DNA of 39,960 nucleotides from a virus (Duplodnaviria; Caudoviricetes): IMG/VR virus record IMGVR_UViG_3300008255_000053, positions 1 through 39,960 of that record, one strand, 5' to 3'. A model generated the notes under the pieces. That model did not search any database, was not told the origin of the DNA, and worked only from the letters and a program-made list of their open reading frames with translations. How positions within the stretch are numbered: position 1 is the first letter of the stretch; each line of letters begins with the position of its first letter. Of the stretch, positions 28,192 to 36,646 are shown piece by piece. The translations under genes and the position numbers were made by a program.

Positions 28192-28385
28192 GTTCCAAAA
28201 ATTCCTTTAAGCCCTTTGTCTTCTTTGACTTGTTCCTCAAACTCATCATGCGTTCCTTCTCCTAAGAACTCTGCTTTGCCGTCACCAAGTTCTTCAATTG
28301 CTACTTCTTCGCCATTACGTTCAACAACTTTAATCTTTCCTGTAGCCACTTGAATTGTTTGTCTAATCTTCTTTAACATGTCCAA
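28188..28385 (-). CDS. Small hypothetical protein
   Basis: 65 aa ORF in the operon. Confidence 0.6.
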   Translation of the reverse strand: MDMLKKIRQTIQVATGKIKVVERNGEEVAIEELGDGKAEFLGEGTHDEFEEQVKEDKGLKGIFGT

Positions 28386-28827
28386 TTAGTTTAGATTTTA
28401 TGCGTGCTTCGATTTCGTTTACTTCGTCCTGTATTTCCTTTGAAAAAATAAAGTTATAAGTGTTTTGGTTTCCTTGTCCTCCTTCTTCTGCTACTCCGTA
28501 AATCTTTGTTGCGTGTGCGATTCCTTTGTCTACAAATTTGTCATTGTCTGAATTTAAAAGATGGTCAACTTTCTCTGCAATCTTTTCTGGTGTTACTCCT
28601 TGTTTTGCTAACGCTTCTTTGAGTGAAAGTCTACCTGCCTCAACTGCTTCAGCTACATTAGGTTTGTTTAAGTTTTCTGTTGCGATAACTGCTGCCGTTT
28701 CGTACTTGTTGACATCATACGCTTTCTGTGCTGCTCTTGTACCGTTACCATTTATTACATAGTCGTCAACGAAGTCTTGTTGCTTCTTAGTCAGCTTCTT
28801 CTTCGGTTGTGTCGCTTGGTTCTTCAT
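28363..28827 (-). CDS. terS: Terminase small subunit
   Basis: LTKKQQDFVDDY..GNGTRAAQKAY..AAVIATENLNKPNV. Confidence 0.9.
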   Translation of the reverse strand: MKNQATQPKKKLTKKQQDFVDDYVINGNGTRAAQKAYDVNKYETAAVIATENLNKPNVAEAVEAGRLSLKEALAKQGVTPEKIAEKVDHLLNSDNDKFVDKGIAHATKIYGVAEEGGQGNQNTYNFIFSKEIQDEVNEIEARIKSKLIGHVKED

Positions 28828-28987
28828 GTACTTGGATAGGACTTACAACACCTTCGTCATCTGTTCGTCTTAGTAACTGTATACTTGATACTACTCCTAA
28901 TTCACAGTTATGTTTGGTTAATACTTCTTGTAGGTCTTTGGTTAGTGCTTCTCCTTCTTCTTTAGTGAGTTCTCTAGTGTTTGACAT
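28787..28987 (-). CDS. Small hypothetical protein
   Basis: 66 aa ORF. Confidence 0.6.
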   Translation of the reverse strand: MSNTRELTKEEGEALTKDLQEVLTKHNCELGVVSSIQLLRRTDDEGVVSPIQVHEEPSDTTEEEAD

Positions 28988-28989
28988 AG

Positions 28990-29283
28990 TTATTTTACAT
29001 TTTCTAGTAATTCTAAAGTTTGTCCTAGAATAATTGCATTACCATTGTAAGCGTTACTTGTTTCAACTGCTTTCTTAATAAGTGTTAGGTCTGATGAGTC
29101 AATCTCGATTTCTTTTTCTGTGAATGCTCGCTGTGCAAGTGTATAGAGCTTCATCTTTCCTCCTTCTTGTGCATTTACTAAAACTTCTGCGATAACACCA
29201 CCGAGCGTGATGTCGGTCTTGTCAGCGGTCTTGTATGTTTCTCCACCGAGGCTTTTAATAGGTGTGTCTAATTTAATCTTCAT
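28990..29283 (-). CDS. Hypothetical protein, first gene of the packaging operon
   Basis: 97 aa ORF after the promoter. Confidence 0.75.
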   Translation of the reverse strand: MKIKLDTPIKSLGGETYKTADKTDITLGGVIAEVLVNAQEGGKMKLYTLAQRAFTEKEIEIDSSDLTLIKKAVETSNAYNGNAIILGQTLELLENVK

Positions 29284-29293
29284 ATTGCTATAT

Positions 29294-29353
29294 ATTATAC
29301 ATACTAAGCCACAGAATGTCTACACTCTAAGCTTGTTAATAAGTTGTGCATAT
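29294..29353 (-). promoter_or_regulatory. Promoter with two upstream DnaA-box-like 9-mers
   Basis: ATATGCACA and TTATTAACA, then TAGACA-17-TATAAT. Confidence 0.7.
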
Positions 29354-29383
29354 CCTTTGTTTCTTAGTGATTACTTAATAATA

Positions 29384-29500
29384 CTACTCCCACTCATGCT
29401 TACGGTCACTATCATTAGTAAGACTTACTTGCACACATTCATAGTAATGTTCTTGTACTTCTTCTCGTGTACGTCCACACTTTTTACATGTTTCTTTCAT
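29384..29500 (-). CDS. Tiny Cys/His protein (38 aa)
   Basis: Manual ORF MKETCKKCG... Confidence 0.45.
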   Translation of the reverse strand: MKETCKKCGRTREEVQEHYYECVQVSLTNDSDRKHEWE

Positions 29501-29503
29501 ACA

Positions 29504-29938
29504 TTACTCTTTAGTGTCTTGGGTGAGGGTTTGTAAAATCTCTTCTAAAGTAGCACCGTACAGGACATTAAACCCAACTGGTGTGTTTGGATACCACTGC
29601 AACTCCCATATTGAGTCGGTTTCAATCGCCCGCTTTCTACTTGTCGGGGTAGCCCAGTCGTCGTCTTCAATATCATTATCCTCGATGTATCGTTCGATAG
29701 GGTCGTAGTACGCCTTATGCTGGTTGTGAGTGATGTGAAGCGACGCTTCGTGTTCTGGTAGACGGTCTTCGAGCTTACACCCATCCTCCCGTACCCTCTG
29801 CACTGTGGAGGCGATGAGGTCATCTAACTGCTCAGAGTCCCACTTGTCCATTCTAAAAGCACCGTCGTCTTCGCTTTGAAAGCATTTTCGTGCTTCCTCC
29901 TGTAACTGCTGAGTGAGTGTGTCGTTGGGTGTTGTCAT
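29504..29938 (-). CDS. Hypothetical protein
   Basis: ITHNQHK and WELQWYPNTPVG motifs. Confidence 0.75.
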   Translation of the reverse strand: MTTPNDTLTQQLQEEARKCFQSEDDGAFRMDKWDSEQLDDLIASTVQRVREDGCKLEDRLPEHEASLHITHNQHKAYYDPIERYIEDNDIEDDDWATPTSRKRAIETDSIWELQWYPNTPVGFNVLYGATLEEILQTLTQDTKE

Positions 29939-29949
29939 ACTCTAGTTAG

Positions 29950-30171
29950 TTATTGGTTGGTAAGGGGTGGTGTGTCTTTAACTTTTATACTTTTGGTTCT
30001 TTCATCAACTTCGACCATATCCTCTGAATATGTTTCTGGGTTTATACGCGAGTGCTTAATCCACTGTACTGTTGAACATTCTGGGCAAGTGTACTTTTGA
30101 AATGCAGGACACTTTTCTGCACATGGTATCATCTCCAAAAAGTCGCACTCTATGCAATTATGGAAAATCAT
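29950..30171 (-). CDS. Zn-ribbon protein
   Basis: CIEC, CPEC. Confidence 0.65.
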   Translation of the reverse strand: MIFHNCIECDFLEMIPCAEKCPAFQKYTCPECSTVQWIKHSRINPETYSEDMVEVDERTKSIKVKDTPPLTNQ

Positions 30172-30572
30172 ACATCCTCGTTGTTATCTCCTTCTTTGTT
30201 GGTGAGAGTTTTCAAATCAACTACCGCGTACTCTTTACCACCATACTCAATTGGGAATCTGCCACCTTTGAATGTCTCAACAACTGATTCGTGCACTATT
30301 CGCTCCCTCTCCCTCTCACGCTCATCTGCTCGTGCTATTTTTATTGCTGTGCGAAAGAAGTCTTTCACGTCGGTAATATCCATTGTTTCTGTTTTGTCAC
30401 ACCATTCGTTGTGCCATTTTTCTTCAAAAGAATCCACCAACTCCTCATCACTCGTACCAAGTGGGGTGTGACATTTGCAGTTCTTATCATGGCAGTATAT
30501 GTGCTTCCCGTTTGGGTAGTCGGAACATTTTATGCACTCCTTGCAGCATGTGTTGTCTTTAGTGTGGGTCAT
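30168..30572 (-). CDS. Cys-rich hypothetical protein
   Basis: Start moved to MTHTKD (30572). Confidence 0.65.
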   Translation of the reverse strand: MTHTKDNTCCKECIKCSDYPNGKHIYCHDKNCKCHTPLGTSDEELVDSFEEKWHNEWCDKTETMDITDVKDFFRTAIKIARADERERERERIVHESVVETFKGGRFPIEYGGKEYAVVDLKTLTNKEGDNNEDV

Positions 30573-30573
30573 G

Positions 30574-30813
30574 TTAGGTGTTGTTAGTTGGTAAGGTGTT
30601 ATCTTCATTAAAGTACTTATGTTCGTAGTAAAAGAATTTTATTAAGAGTGCCAGAATTAGTGTAAAGGTTACTGGTAAAGCAATGTATTCAGATAAAAAG
30701 CCATTGTCGAATAAGATTGCTGTTACAAAATATCCCCATACAAGCAATGAGTCAGCACCAGAATATGTGCGTTGCCACAATAGTCTCTCTATAAATGTTT
30801 TTTGTTTTTTCAT
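30574..30813 (-). CDS. Two-TM membrane protein
   Basis: Hydrophobic segments. Confidence 0.65.
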   Translation of the reverse strand: MKKQKTFIERLLWQRTYSGADSLLVWGYFVTAILFDNGFLSEYIALPVTFTLILALLIKFFYYEHKYFNEDNTLPTNNT

Positions 30814-30814
30814 A

Positions 30815-31030
30815 CTACTTTAATATGTTAATGTTTTTAATTTTTGACTCTAACCACGGATTAAACTTGTCTAATCCCCACAAACTTAAAAATAATGCCT
30901 GAATAAATATACCCAACAGAAAAAACAAGAGCGATAGTAGTAAGTGATTATGGTTACTATATATAAACGCAATTATCGTAGTAAGAGAAATGACGATTCC
31001 TGCGACTCCAATTATCTCATTTGCTTTCAT
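30815..31030 (-). CDS. Two-TM membrane protein
   Basis: Hydrophobic segments. Confidence 0.65.
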   Translation of the reverse strand: MKANEIIGVAGIVISLTTIIAFIYSNHNHLLLSLLFFLLGIFIQALFLSLWGLDKFNPWLESKIKNINILK

Positions 31031-31064
31031 ACTACTTCAATATATCTGTTAATGATTGTTGCGC

Positions 31065-31331
31065 TCATATTATTTTATTTATCTCCTCTCTTAATGCTTG
31101 TAGGGTGGTGATGGTGTCTTTTCTTGCTTGTCCGTAACATTCACATTTGCAGTCTCCATCGTTGAACCTGCAAATATGTTCGGAATAATCCCCCTCTAAA
31201 TCACTGATAAGACTGTCGATTAAGGTGAGGTTAGTTTGTGAGCAAAGATTTATTGCTTGTTCTCTGTCTATTAAGTTATCATTACCGAAGACATCTTCCA
31301 CACTCTTTTTAATTGTTTCTATTGTTTTCAT
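31065..31331 (-). CDS. Hypothetical protein
   Basis: 88 aa ORF with a His/Cys cluster. Confidence 0.65.
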   Translation of the reverse strand: MKTIETIKKSVEDVFGNDNLIDREQAINLCSQTNLTLIDSLISDLEGDYSEHICRFNDGDCKCECYGQARKDTITTLQALREEINKII

Positions 31332-31332
31332 A

Positions 31333-31746
31333 CTATGTAAGTAATGCTAGTAATGCTTCTTGTACTTCTTGGGTTTGTTCTAGAGGTTTTTTAGTTAAGT
31401 CAACATACAATCCTATCCCTTCGTATGTTGACGTTCCACTCTCGTTCGCACTCACGAGTTTAGCTATATGCCCATCTGTTCCTATTACGTACTCACAACA
31501 ACTGTATTTCTTCTCAAGCGCAATAAGTAAGTGGTTTAGTTCTGGTGGAGCGTAAACTGGAATATACGCAGGAGACCTACTTGAGTCCACACAGTAGTTA
31601 CACGCCCCCCACTCTATCTCTGACTCGCCATACTCATTTAGTAGTCGCTCCCCAAGCGGAACGTGCCCTTCGTGACATTCCAAGCATATCAGCTCTGGGT
31701 TTGCCTTGTTTATAAGCTCTCTTAGTGTTTGTGTTGTTTGGGTCAT
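31333..31746 (-). CDS. Hypothetical protein with CxxC pairs
   Basis: CLEC, CNYC; C-terminal DLTKKPLEQ. Confidence 0.7.
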   Translation of the reverse strand: MTQTTQTLRELINKANPELICLECHEGHVPLGERLLNEYGESEIEWGACNYCVDSSRSPAYIPVYAPPELNHLLIALEKKYSCCEYVIGTDGHIAKLVSANESGTSTYEGIGLYVDLTKKPLEQTQEVQEALLALLT

Positions 31747-31753
31747 GGTGTTA

Positions 31754-32029
31754 TTAAATTATGTTTATTTTCGGATTTGGGATGTTGAACGACGTTTGGG
31801 CGAATACTCGGCATAGTTTAAAAGTATGTACTTCCTCAGTTTCGCCACTTATATAATCTCTAACCAACTCCAAGTTTTTAGCTTTCAAGTCCTTACGAAT
31901 GTCGTCTATGTTTGTTGCCTCACTTACCGCATGCTCTCTTAAAAACGTGAACAACTCTTGGTCGATAGCAGTTGCTCGTGCGTTTAGGTATTTCTCTGTT
32001 GCTTCTTCTATAATACTTTTCGATTTCAT
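31754..32029 (-). CDS. Hypothetical protein
   Basis: 91 aa ORF. Confidence 0.65.
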   Translation of the reverse strand: MKSKSIIEEATEKYLNARATAIDQELFTFLREHAVSEATNIDDIRKDLKAKNLELVRDYISGETEEVHTFKLCRVFAQTSFNIPNPKINII

Positions 32030-32442
32030 ACTTCTTCTTCGTTATTACTGGTAGGGGGTGTGAGGGTTTGTAACTCGATACTATCATGGATGTCTTGGAC
32101 GGTTTCCTCGGCTGGAATGTTTTTTCTGCGGTCATAGTCTATCCTTAGTTTGATTTTCTCCCTCTCCTCCCTCTTCCCCTGCTCTAGTGAGATGAGGTGT
32201 TGTGAGGTGCGTGCTTGTTTGAGGGCTTTTATTAACCATTCTTTTTCCCTGCCTTTAGCAAGTACCTCATAGATGATAGATTTTTCTCCCCAATTCCTAG
32301 CTAACAAATCGTTGAACTCCTCCACTATCTCCTCGTCCTCTTTTACGTGTTCACTTTCGCTACTTTTTGAACAGGTTTCTTCAACGTGTTCATGTGATGC
32401 ACTTATGTCCTCTTTTGCGGTTGTGTTGTTGTGTTGGTTCAT
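32026..32442 (-). CDS. Hypothetical protein
   Basis: 138 aa ORF with ATGA overlaps. Confidence 0.65.
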   Translation of the reverse strand: MNQHNNTTAKEDISASHEHVEETCSKSSESEHVKEDEEIVEEFNDLLARNWGEKSIIYEVLAKGREKEWLIKALKQARTSQHLISLEQGKREEREKIKLRIDYDRRKNIPAEETVQDIHDSIELQTLTPPTSNNEEEV

Positions 32443-32609
32443 AAGTCTGTTTCTAACCAGCTAATTAGTTCGTATACAGGATTTGGCATAGATTGCCACC
32501 CTATTGTCCAGCCACCCAATATCCATATTAGAATGGTTAATGACAATGCTGGAATCAAAAGATAAGCAACAATTACTAGTTTAGTAAATATTCTTAAAAA
32601 GTCTTTCAT
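32439..32609 (-). CDS. Small membrane protein (56 aa)
   Basis: Manual ORF MKDFLRIFTK... with ATGA overlaps. Confidence 0.6.
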   Translation of the reverse strand: MKDFLRIFTKLVIVAYLLIPALSLTILIWILGGWTIGWQSMPNPVYELISWLETDL

Positions 32610-32761
32610 ACTTGTTCATTATTATATTTTTTTGATAATATATTGCGTATGTCATGCATAGTACTCCTTGTGTCTATACTCATCTCCATAATAATTCGTG
32701 TAGCTCTTTCAATAGTAGGGTCTTGATTATAATCTTGGACTACTGCATGTATACTTCTCAT
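32606..32761 (-). CDS. Small hypothetical protein (51 aa)
   Basis: Manual ORF MRSIHAVVQD... with ATGA overlaps at both ends. Confidence 0.55.
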   Translation of the reverse strand: MRSIHAVVQDYNQDPTIERATRIIMEMSIDTRSTMHDIRNILSKKYNNEQV

Positions 32762-33135
32762 ATTTGTTCTTTTATTTTAGTAATGGCGTTGTTTAGAGCT
32801 TGGTTGTATCCGTTTTCCTCATGTATGTAACATTTTTCCTCCATACAGTGATTGTGGCTATCATGCGGGCAATCCCGTCTTAATCCCTCCAACACCTCCA
32901 CTACACGCTCCTGTACTGCTTGTTCGTGGAGGGTGAGGGCCTGACGAAATTCGTCTTCTGAAATCATAAATTTTTTTTCTGTTCTTTCCACACCACCCCA
33001 AAAGCGACAATGCGGACAAGGACTTATGTTGCAATGAAGGCATGTTTCGCCATCATGTTTGGCTTGGCACCCCTCAATCTCCACTTCTTTTTTGTACATC
33101 TCCACTATTTCTTCTTTTGTCTTAGGTGTGTTCAT
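32758..33135 (-). CDS. Cys/His-rich hypothetical protein
   Basis: 125 aa; GYNQALNNAI tail. Confidence 0.65.
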   Translation of the reverse strand: MNTPKTKEEIVEMYKKEVEIEGCQAKHDGETCLHCNISPCPHCRFWGGVERTEKKFMISEDEFRQALTLHEQAVQERVVEVLEGLRRDCPHDSHNHCMEEKCYIHEENGYNQALNNAITKIKEQI

Positions 33136-33137
33136 GG

Positions 33138-33455
33138 TTAGACTTCGTCTTTATCTATTAGTAGTTTGTCTATGGCGTAACGCATACCTTTGTCAGTGAT
33201 AAACCAGCCAGAGCCACTCGGTTTTTCTTCCACGGTGTCTATCGTCATTACTAATTCAACAAGCCCCTCATTCCTTATGTCCTTCATGGTCGATTTCAAT
33301 AGTGACAAAGGTGCTTCAATCTCAAAATCATTATAACGAAGTGCTGGCGACATATCATCATTTACCGCAAAACCTTTGTATGTATCTCCTCTGGGAAATG
33401 AGCAGTTAAATCTAACTTGCTGTAGTGCTAATTCTCGTAGTATTTTGTCCTTCAT
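33138..33455 (-). CDS. Winged-helix-like protein
   Basis: MKDIRNEGLVE...GWFITDKG wing pattern. Confidence 0.5.
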   Translation of the reverse strand: MKDKILRELALQQVRFNCSFPRGDTYKGFAVNDDMSPALRYNDFEIEAPLSLLKSTMKDIRNEGLVELVMTIDTVEEKPSGSGWFITDKGMRYAIDKLLIDKDEV

Positions 33456-33754
33456 ACTCTTTTAGTGTTAGTGATAAGTGCTTGTTTGAGGTCGTTGAGG
33501 ACGCGATTTGCACCGTTGGCATTCTTATCGGGACAACGAATTTCGCTTAAATGGGTTTTGCCGTCGTCCTTTTCGCAGTTGCAATACTCTTTCCGCCTCT
33601 CAATCTCCTCTAGTACCGTATTGCGGGGGATGAAACTTTGGCGGATGAAGCGTTTTACTTTTACTTTGTTAACGTAATCTCCATACTGTCCATTTATTTC
33701 GTCTGTTGGAATTTCATCAAATTCCTTCTCCAATTGTTCTTGTGTTTGTGTCAT
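33452..33754 (-). CDS. Hypothetical protein
   Basis: 100 aa ORF. Confidence 0.65.
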   Translation of the reverse strand: MTQTQEQLEKEFDEIPTDEINGQYGDYVNKVKVKRFIRQSFIPRNTVLEEIERRKEYCNCEKDDGKTHLSEIRCPDKNANGANRVLNDLKQALITNTKRV

Positions 33755-33768
33755 GGTGTTAGGTGGTG

Positions 33769-34080
33769 TTACTCATCTTCTTCGTCGTAGTTTTCTGCAT
33801 ACTCTTTAGCTTCCTGCATATCTTTATAAAGATTTCGCAATGCTTCTAGTGGCGTTCCACCTAGCCCCTCACATGGGTCGTCATCGCCTACTATCATTGT
33901 GCTTATTGCTCGCCACTGATACGGATATGGTGGTTTTATATCGCCGTCGGTACAAATGGCAGTAAGAGTATAAAACTCGCGCCCTATACCAAGTCCCTTG
34001 ATTTTATCTAAGTAAAACGTGTAGCTATGTGCCCCTACTTTTCGCTCCGCTTCTGATGTGTTGCATGTGTGCATCTCCAT
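33769..34080 (-). CDS. Hypothetical protein
   Basis: C-terminal GGTPLEALRNLY motif. Confidence 0.65.
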   Translation of the reverse strand: MEMHTCNTSEAERKVGAHSYTFYLDKIKGLGIGREFYTLTAICTDGDIKPPYPYQWRAISTMIVGDDDPCEGLGGTPLEALRNLYKDMQEAKEYAENYDEEDE

Positions 34081-34139
34081 ACTTATACTAATTAAGAATA
34101 TCTAATAATTGCTCTGTGGTGTTCATGTTAGGTGGCGTG

Positions 34140-34319
34140 TTAATACCCTGTAGCCACTAGCCACAACAAGTAGAACACAGGTAAGTTAATAAAAAGTCCT
34201 AAAAGCCACAGTGTCGGCGAGTATGGAGGTCGTTCTTGACCAAAGATAAATACTTCTGCTAACTTGAAAACTATGAACGATGCTAGGTATACTGCTGCTA
34301 TAATTTGTGTGACTTCCAT
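34140..34319 (-). CDS. Two-TM small membrane protein (59 aa)
   Basis: Manual ORF MEVTQIIAAV... Confidence 0.6.
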   Translation of the reverse strand: MEVTQIIAAVYLASFIVFKLAEVFIFGQERPPYSPTLWLLGLFINLPVFYLLWLVATGY

Positions 34320-34342
34320 ACTTATATTATTTACTCTAATAA

Positions 34343-34714
34343 CTACAAAAGTGGTCCGCCGATTTCCTTTTTAAGTTCTTCAAGCGGCTTCATTGCTTTT
34401 GCAAGTTTGTTGAACATCTGTTCGGTTTCTTTCATTGTGGCGAAGCGTGTTTTTTCTCTCCAAGCGTCTTCTTTTCCATCGTAGAAACCTTGATTGTAAA
34501 GGTTGCGACGTTCTATTGCGGCTCTTGCTGTTGGTCGATAGAGCGTGTTTCCATACTCCGACTCCCATGCACGTTGTTCTTCCTCGTATCGTTTTCGACG
34601 TTCAGCTTCTAAAAGGTAACTGTCAACCATGACAGTATCTTTACTTAGTGAACCAATCCAACATCCTACTGCAAAGATGAAGATTAAAATTGCGGCGATA
34701 ATAAAGTATTCCAT
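34343..34714 (-). CDS. Membrane-anchored hypothetical protein
   Basis: N-terminal TM helix. Confidence 0.7.
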   Translation of the reverse strand: MEYFIIAAILIFIFAVGCWIGSLSKDTVMVDSYLLEAERRKRYEEEQRAWESEYGNTLYRPTARAAIERRNLYNQGFYDGKEDAWREKTRFATMKETEQMFNKLAKAMKPLEELKKEIGGPLL

Positions 34715-34750
34715 ATCTATTTATTACTTAATAACTCTCCATAGAAGACT

Positions 34751-34912
34751 TGGTGCAGTGGGCAACGAACGACGCACCCTCGACCTCTTATACGTTGCTT
34801 TCTTTTGACTAGCCACTGGTACCGCTCACTAAACGCTGTGTGTTGAATCCAGAGCTACACTACTACACGGCTTCAAACCCTAGTCACTCGTAATGGCTTC
34901 CGCCACCACTGC
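34751..34912 (-). ncRNA. tRNA-like structured RNA 1
   Basis: Acceptor GCAGUGG/CCACUGC+ACCA; UGGCGGAA; UGACUAG/CUAGUCA and GCAACG/CGUUGC arms with oversized loops. Confidence 0.6.
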
Positions 34913-34954
34913 ACGAAACCTTCTATGTGTGAATGAACAATGTTTCTGAAAGGC

Positions 34955-35054
34955 TGGTGGCGGGACGGTAGGGAATTACACCACTTTCGTTATTGGTAGC
35001 AAAGCTGGATAGCTAGCATACTTTGTCGTACCAACGCCTATTACGCGCGCCCCC
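34955..35054 (-). ncRNA. tRNA-like structured RNA 2
   Basis: GGGGCG/CGUCCC+GCCA(CCA); T-loop-like GGUGUAAUUCCC; long central arm. Confidence 0.55.
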
Positions 35055-35120
35055 ATCAACCTTCCAAAGAACAACTCAGTGCTATTCACTGAAAACTGGG
35101 TAGGGTGTTGGTTTGTTAAA

Positions 35121-35366
35121 TTAAGATTTGTCTTCTTTTGAACTCACTGCATAACCACCGAAACGGGTTTTTGAGTTCTCTATAATAAAAGCTATGTGAC
35201 CCTCGTAGTTTGTAGTAGCTCTTATTCTTGCACGATATTCTTTTGCATCTTTACTAGCGAGATTAAGAGCTTGAGCTATTGCTTCGTTCCTATTCTCGCT
35301 TCCATGTTCTGTGTCTTCAAATACACAGTGCGTCCACATTGGCGCTAAGCGTTTTACCGTAAACAT
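35121..35366 (-). CDS. Hypothetical protein enclosed by an RNA stalk
   Basis: Start moved to ATG 35366 because the upstream ATG lies inside the boxA/stalk arm. Confidence 0.65.
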   Translation of the reverse strand: MFTVKRLAPMWTHCVFEDTEHGSENRNEAIAQALNLASKDAKEYRARIRATTNYEGHIAFIIENSKTRFGGYAVSSKEDKS

Positions 35367-35391
35367 TGTTTTTGTTGTTACCCCTACCCAA

Positions 35392-35404
35392 TTTTCAAAG
35401 AACA
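35392..35404 (-). promoter_or_regulatory. boxA antitermination-like site
   Basis: TGTTCTTTGAAAA matches the rrn boxA consensus; about 40 nt after a promoter. Confidence 0.7.
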
Positions 35405-35446
35405 TAGTTTATGGTCATTTCGGACACGCTTCATCTGTCTACCTTA

Positions 35447-35491
35447 AATATACACGATGCTTGCGATATGTTAAGTGTGGGGTGTGGATAA
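35447..35491 (-). promoter_or_regulatory. Promoter with a perfect DnaA box
   Basis: TTATCCACA (35483-35491), then TTAACA-16-TATATT. Confidence 0.7.
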
Positions 35492-35875
35492 CTTTTTTAC
35501 CTCTTTTGTGTAGTGTTCTATTTGTTCTTTGTACCAGTTAGTGTCAACTTTGAATATAGTAAACTTTTTCCGCTCAAGCTCAGACACTCGTTCTTCTCCT
35601 ATTTCTTTCACTAGGTTTATTCTAAAGTCTACAAACTTTCCGTTGCCGTATAAGTTACACCCGATACATTGTAGGCGACAATTATCTTCGTCAAATCTGG
35701 TAGCTAAGATGTTGCGAGGTATCCAATGACCGTTGTGTGCTTCTTTGTAATGCTTGGCTACGCCACATGTATAGCATTTACCGTATCCTTCTTTGTTTGA
35801 ATCCCTAAGACGTATGTAAAGGCTAAATATCTTGTCTAGCTTTTCCTTTTGTTTTTGCTGTTCTGACTTTGCCAT
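35471..35875 (-). CDS. ninG: NinG/Rap family recombination endonuclease
   Basis: LDKIFSLYIRLRD, CYTCG, GHWIPR, TRFDEDNCRLQCIGCN. Confidence 0.9.
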   Translation of the reverse strand: MAKSEQQKQKEKLDKIFSLYIRLRDSNKEGYGKCYTCGVAKHYKEAHNGHWIPRNILATRFDEDNCRLQCIGCNLYGNGKFVDFRINLVKEIGEERVSELERKKFTIFKVDTNWYKEQIEHYTKEVKKLSTPHT

Positions 35876-35876
35876 A

Positions 35877-36134
35877 CTAAAACATGGGTTCCCTCTTGCT
35901 TATCAGAACAAAGAACTCTGCTGCTGTCTTACTTCCTTTTTCCGTATCACAATCTACACATGATGGAGCAAGATTAGACAAATTATTAAGTCCTCCTCTT
36001 GAAAGAGGTATTTTGTGTTCAGCAACCATTTCATAGAATGTAATCTCTCGGTTGCAATAAAAACATAATCCGTTGTTGGAACGCCAAACTTTTGCTCTCT
36101 TGTTAGAAGATAATGTTTTTCTTTTTAGTTTCAT
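35877..36134 (-). CDS. HNH endonuclease
   Basis: CFYC, EHKIPLSRGG, NLAPSCVDC; start at ATG 36134. Confidence 0.85.
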   Translation of the reverse strand: MKLKRKTLSSNKRAKVWRSNNGLCFYCNREITFYEMVAEHKIPLSRGGLNNLSNLAPSCVDCDTEKGSKTAAEFFVLISKREPMF

Positions 36135-36135
36135 A

Positions 36136-36405
36136 CTACTTACTAAACACCTTAAAATTAAGAGTCTTTGAAGGGTTTTGTGCATCTCTACACCCTGCTA
36201 TCAAGCTATAAATCTTATCAGCACTGTCATATCCTCGTTTCTTTAATGCTAGGAAGTAGGGGAGATAGGGAAGTGTTTTGTATCCTGCTTCTATTCTACT
36301 AGCATTGAGTATTGTGCGTACTCGTTCTACTTGTTCTTTTAGTGCTTCATCTTTTCTTGTCTTTTCTACTTTGAAGCGGTTGAGGTTGGTGGTCGGCTTG
36401 TCCAT
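36136..36405 (-). CDS. Hypothetical protein (probably leaderless)
   Basis: MDKPTT start about 6 nt after TATAAT; TTATCCCCA box at 36448-36456. Confidence 0.65.
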   Translation of the reverse strand: MDKPTTNLNRFKVEKTRKDEALKEQVERVRTILNASRIEAGYKTLPYLPYFLALKKRGYDSADKIYSLIAGCRDAQNPSKTLNFKVFSK

Positions 36406-36573
36406 ACACCAATTATACATCTTATCTTCATGTTTGTTTTTGTTGAGTGGGGATAACTAAGTATCTAGGTACACGACCTCTATATCCCTGAAGGCGTGGG
36501 GTCTTATCCTCTGTGTGGTCTGCCTTGCTACTCATACCTGTATCCCTGCTTCTACGGTACTTATAGCTTAGTC

Positions 36574-36646
36574 TAATTATGAACAAGTCAGGTCGCCCGT
36601 TGTCAGGTCGTAGGACAGAGCGGGCAATATCACTTGTTCACAATTA
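36574..36646 (-). ncRNA. Long hairpin element preceded by boxA-like GGACTTAACA
   Basis: 15-bp outer stem with inner GCCCG/CGGGC and TGTC/GACA. Confidence 0.5.

Noticed and set aside
34751-35054. Canonical tRNA or tmRNA genes
   Set aside because: No 7-nt anticodon loop or TTC T-loop; too short for tmRNA, with no clear Ala acceptor or tag ORF
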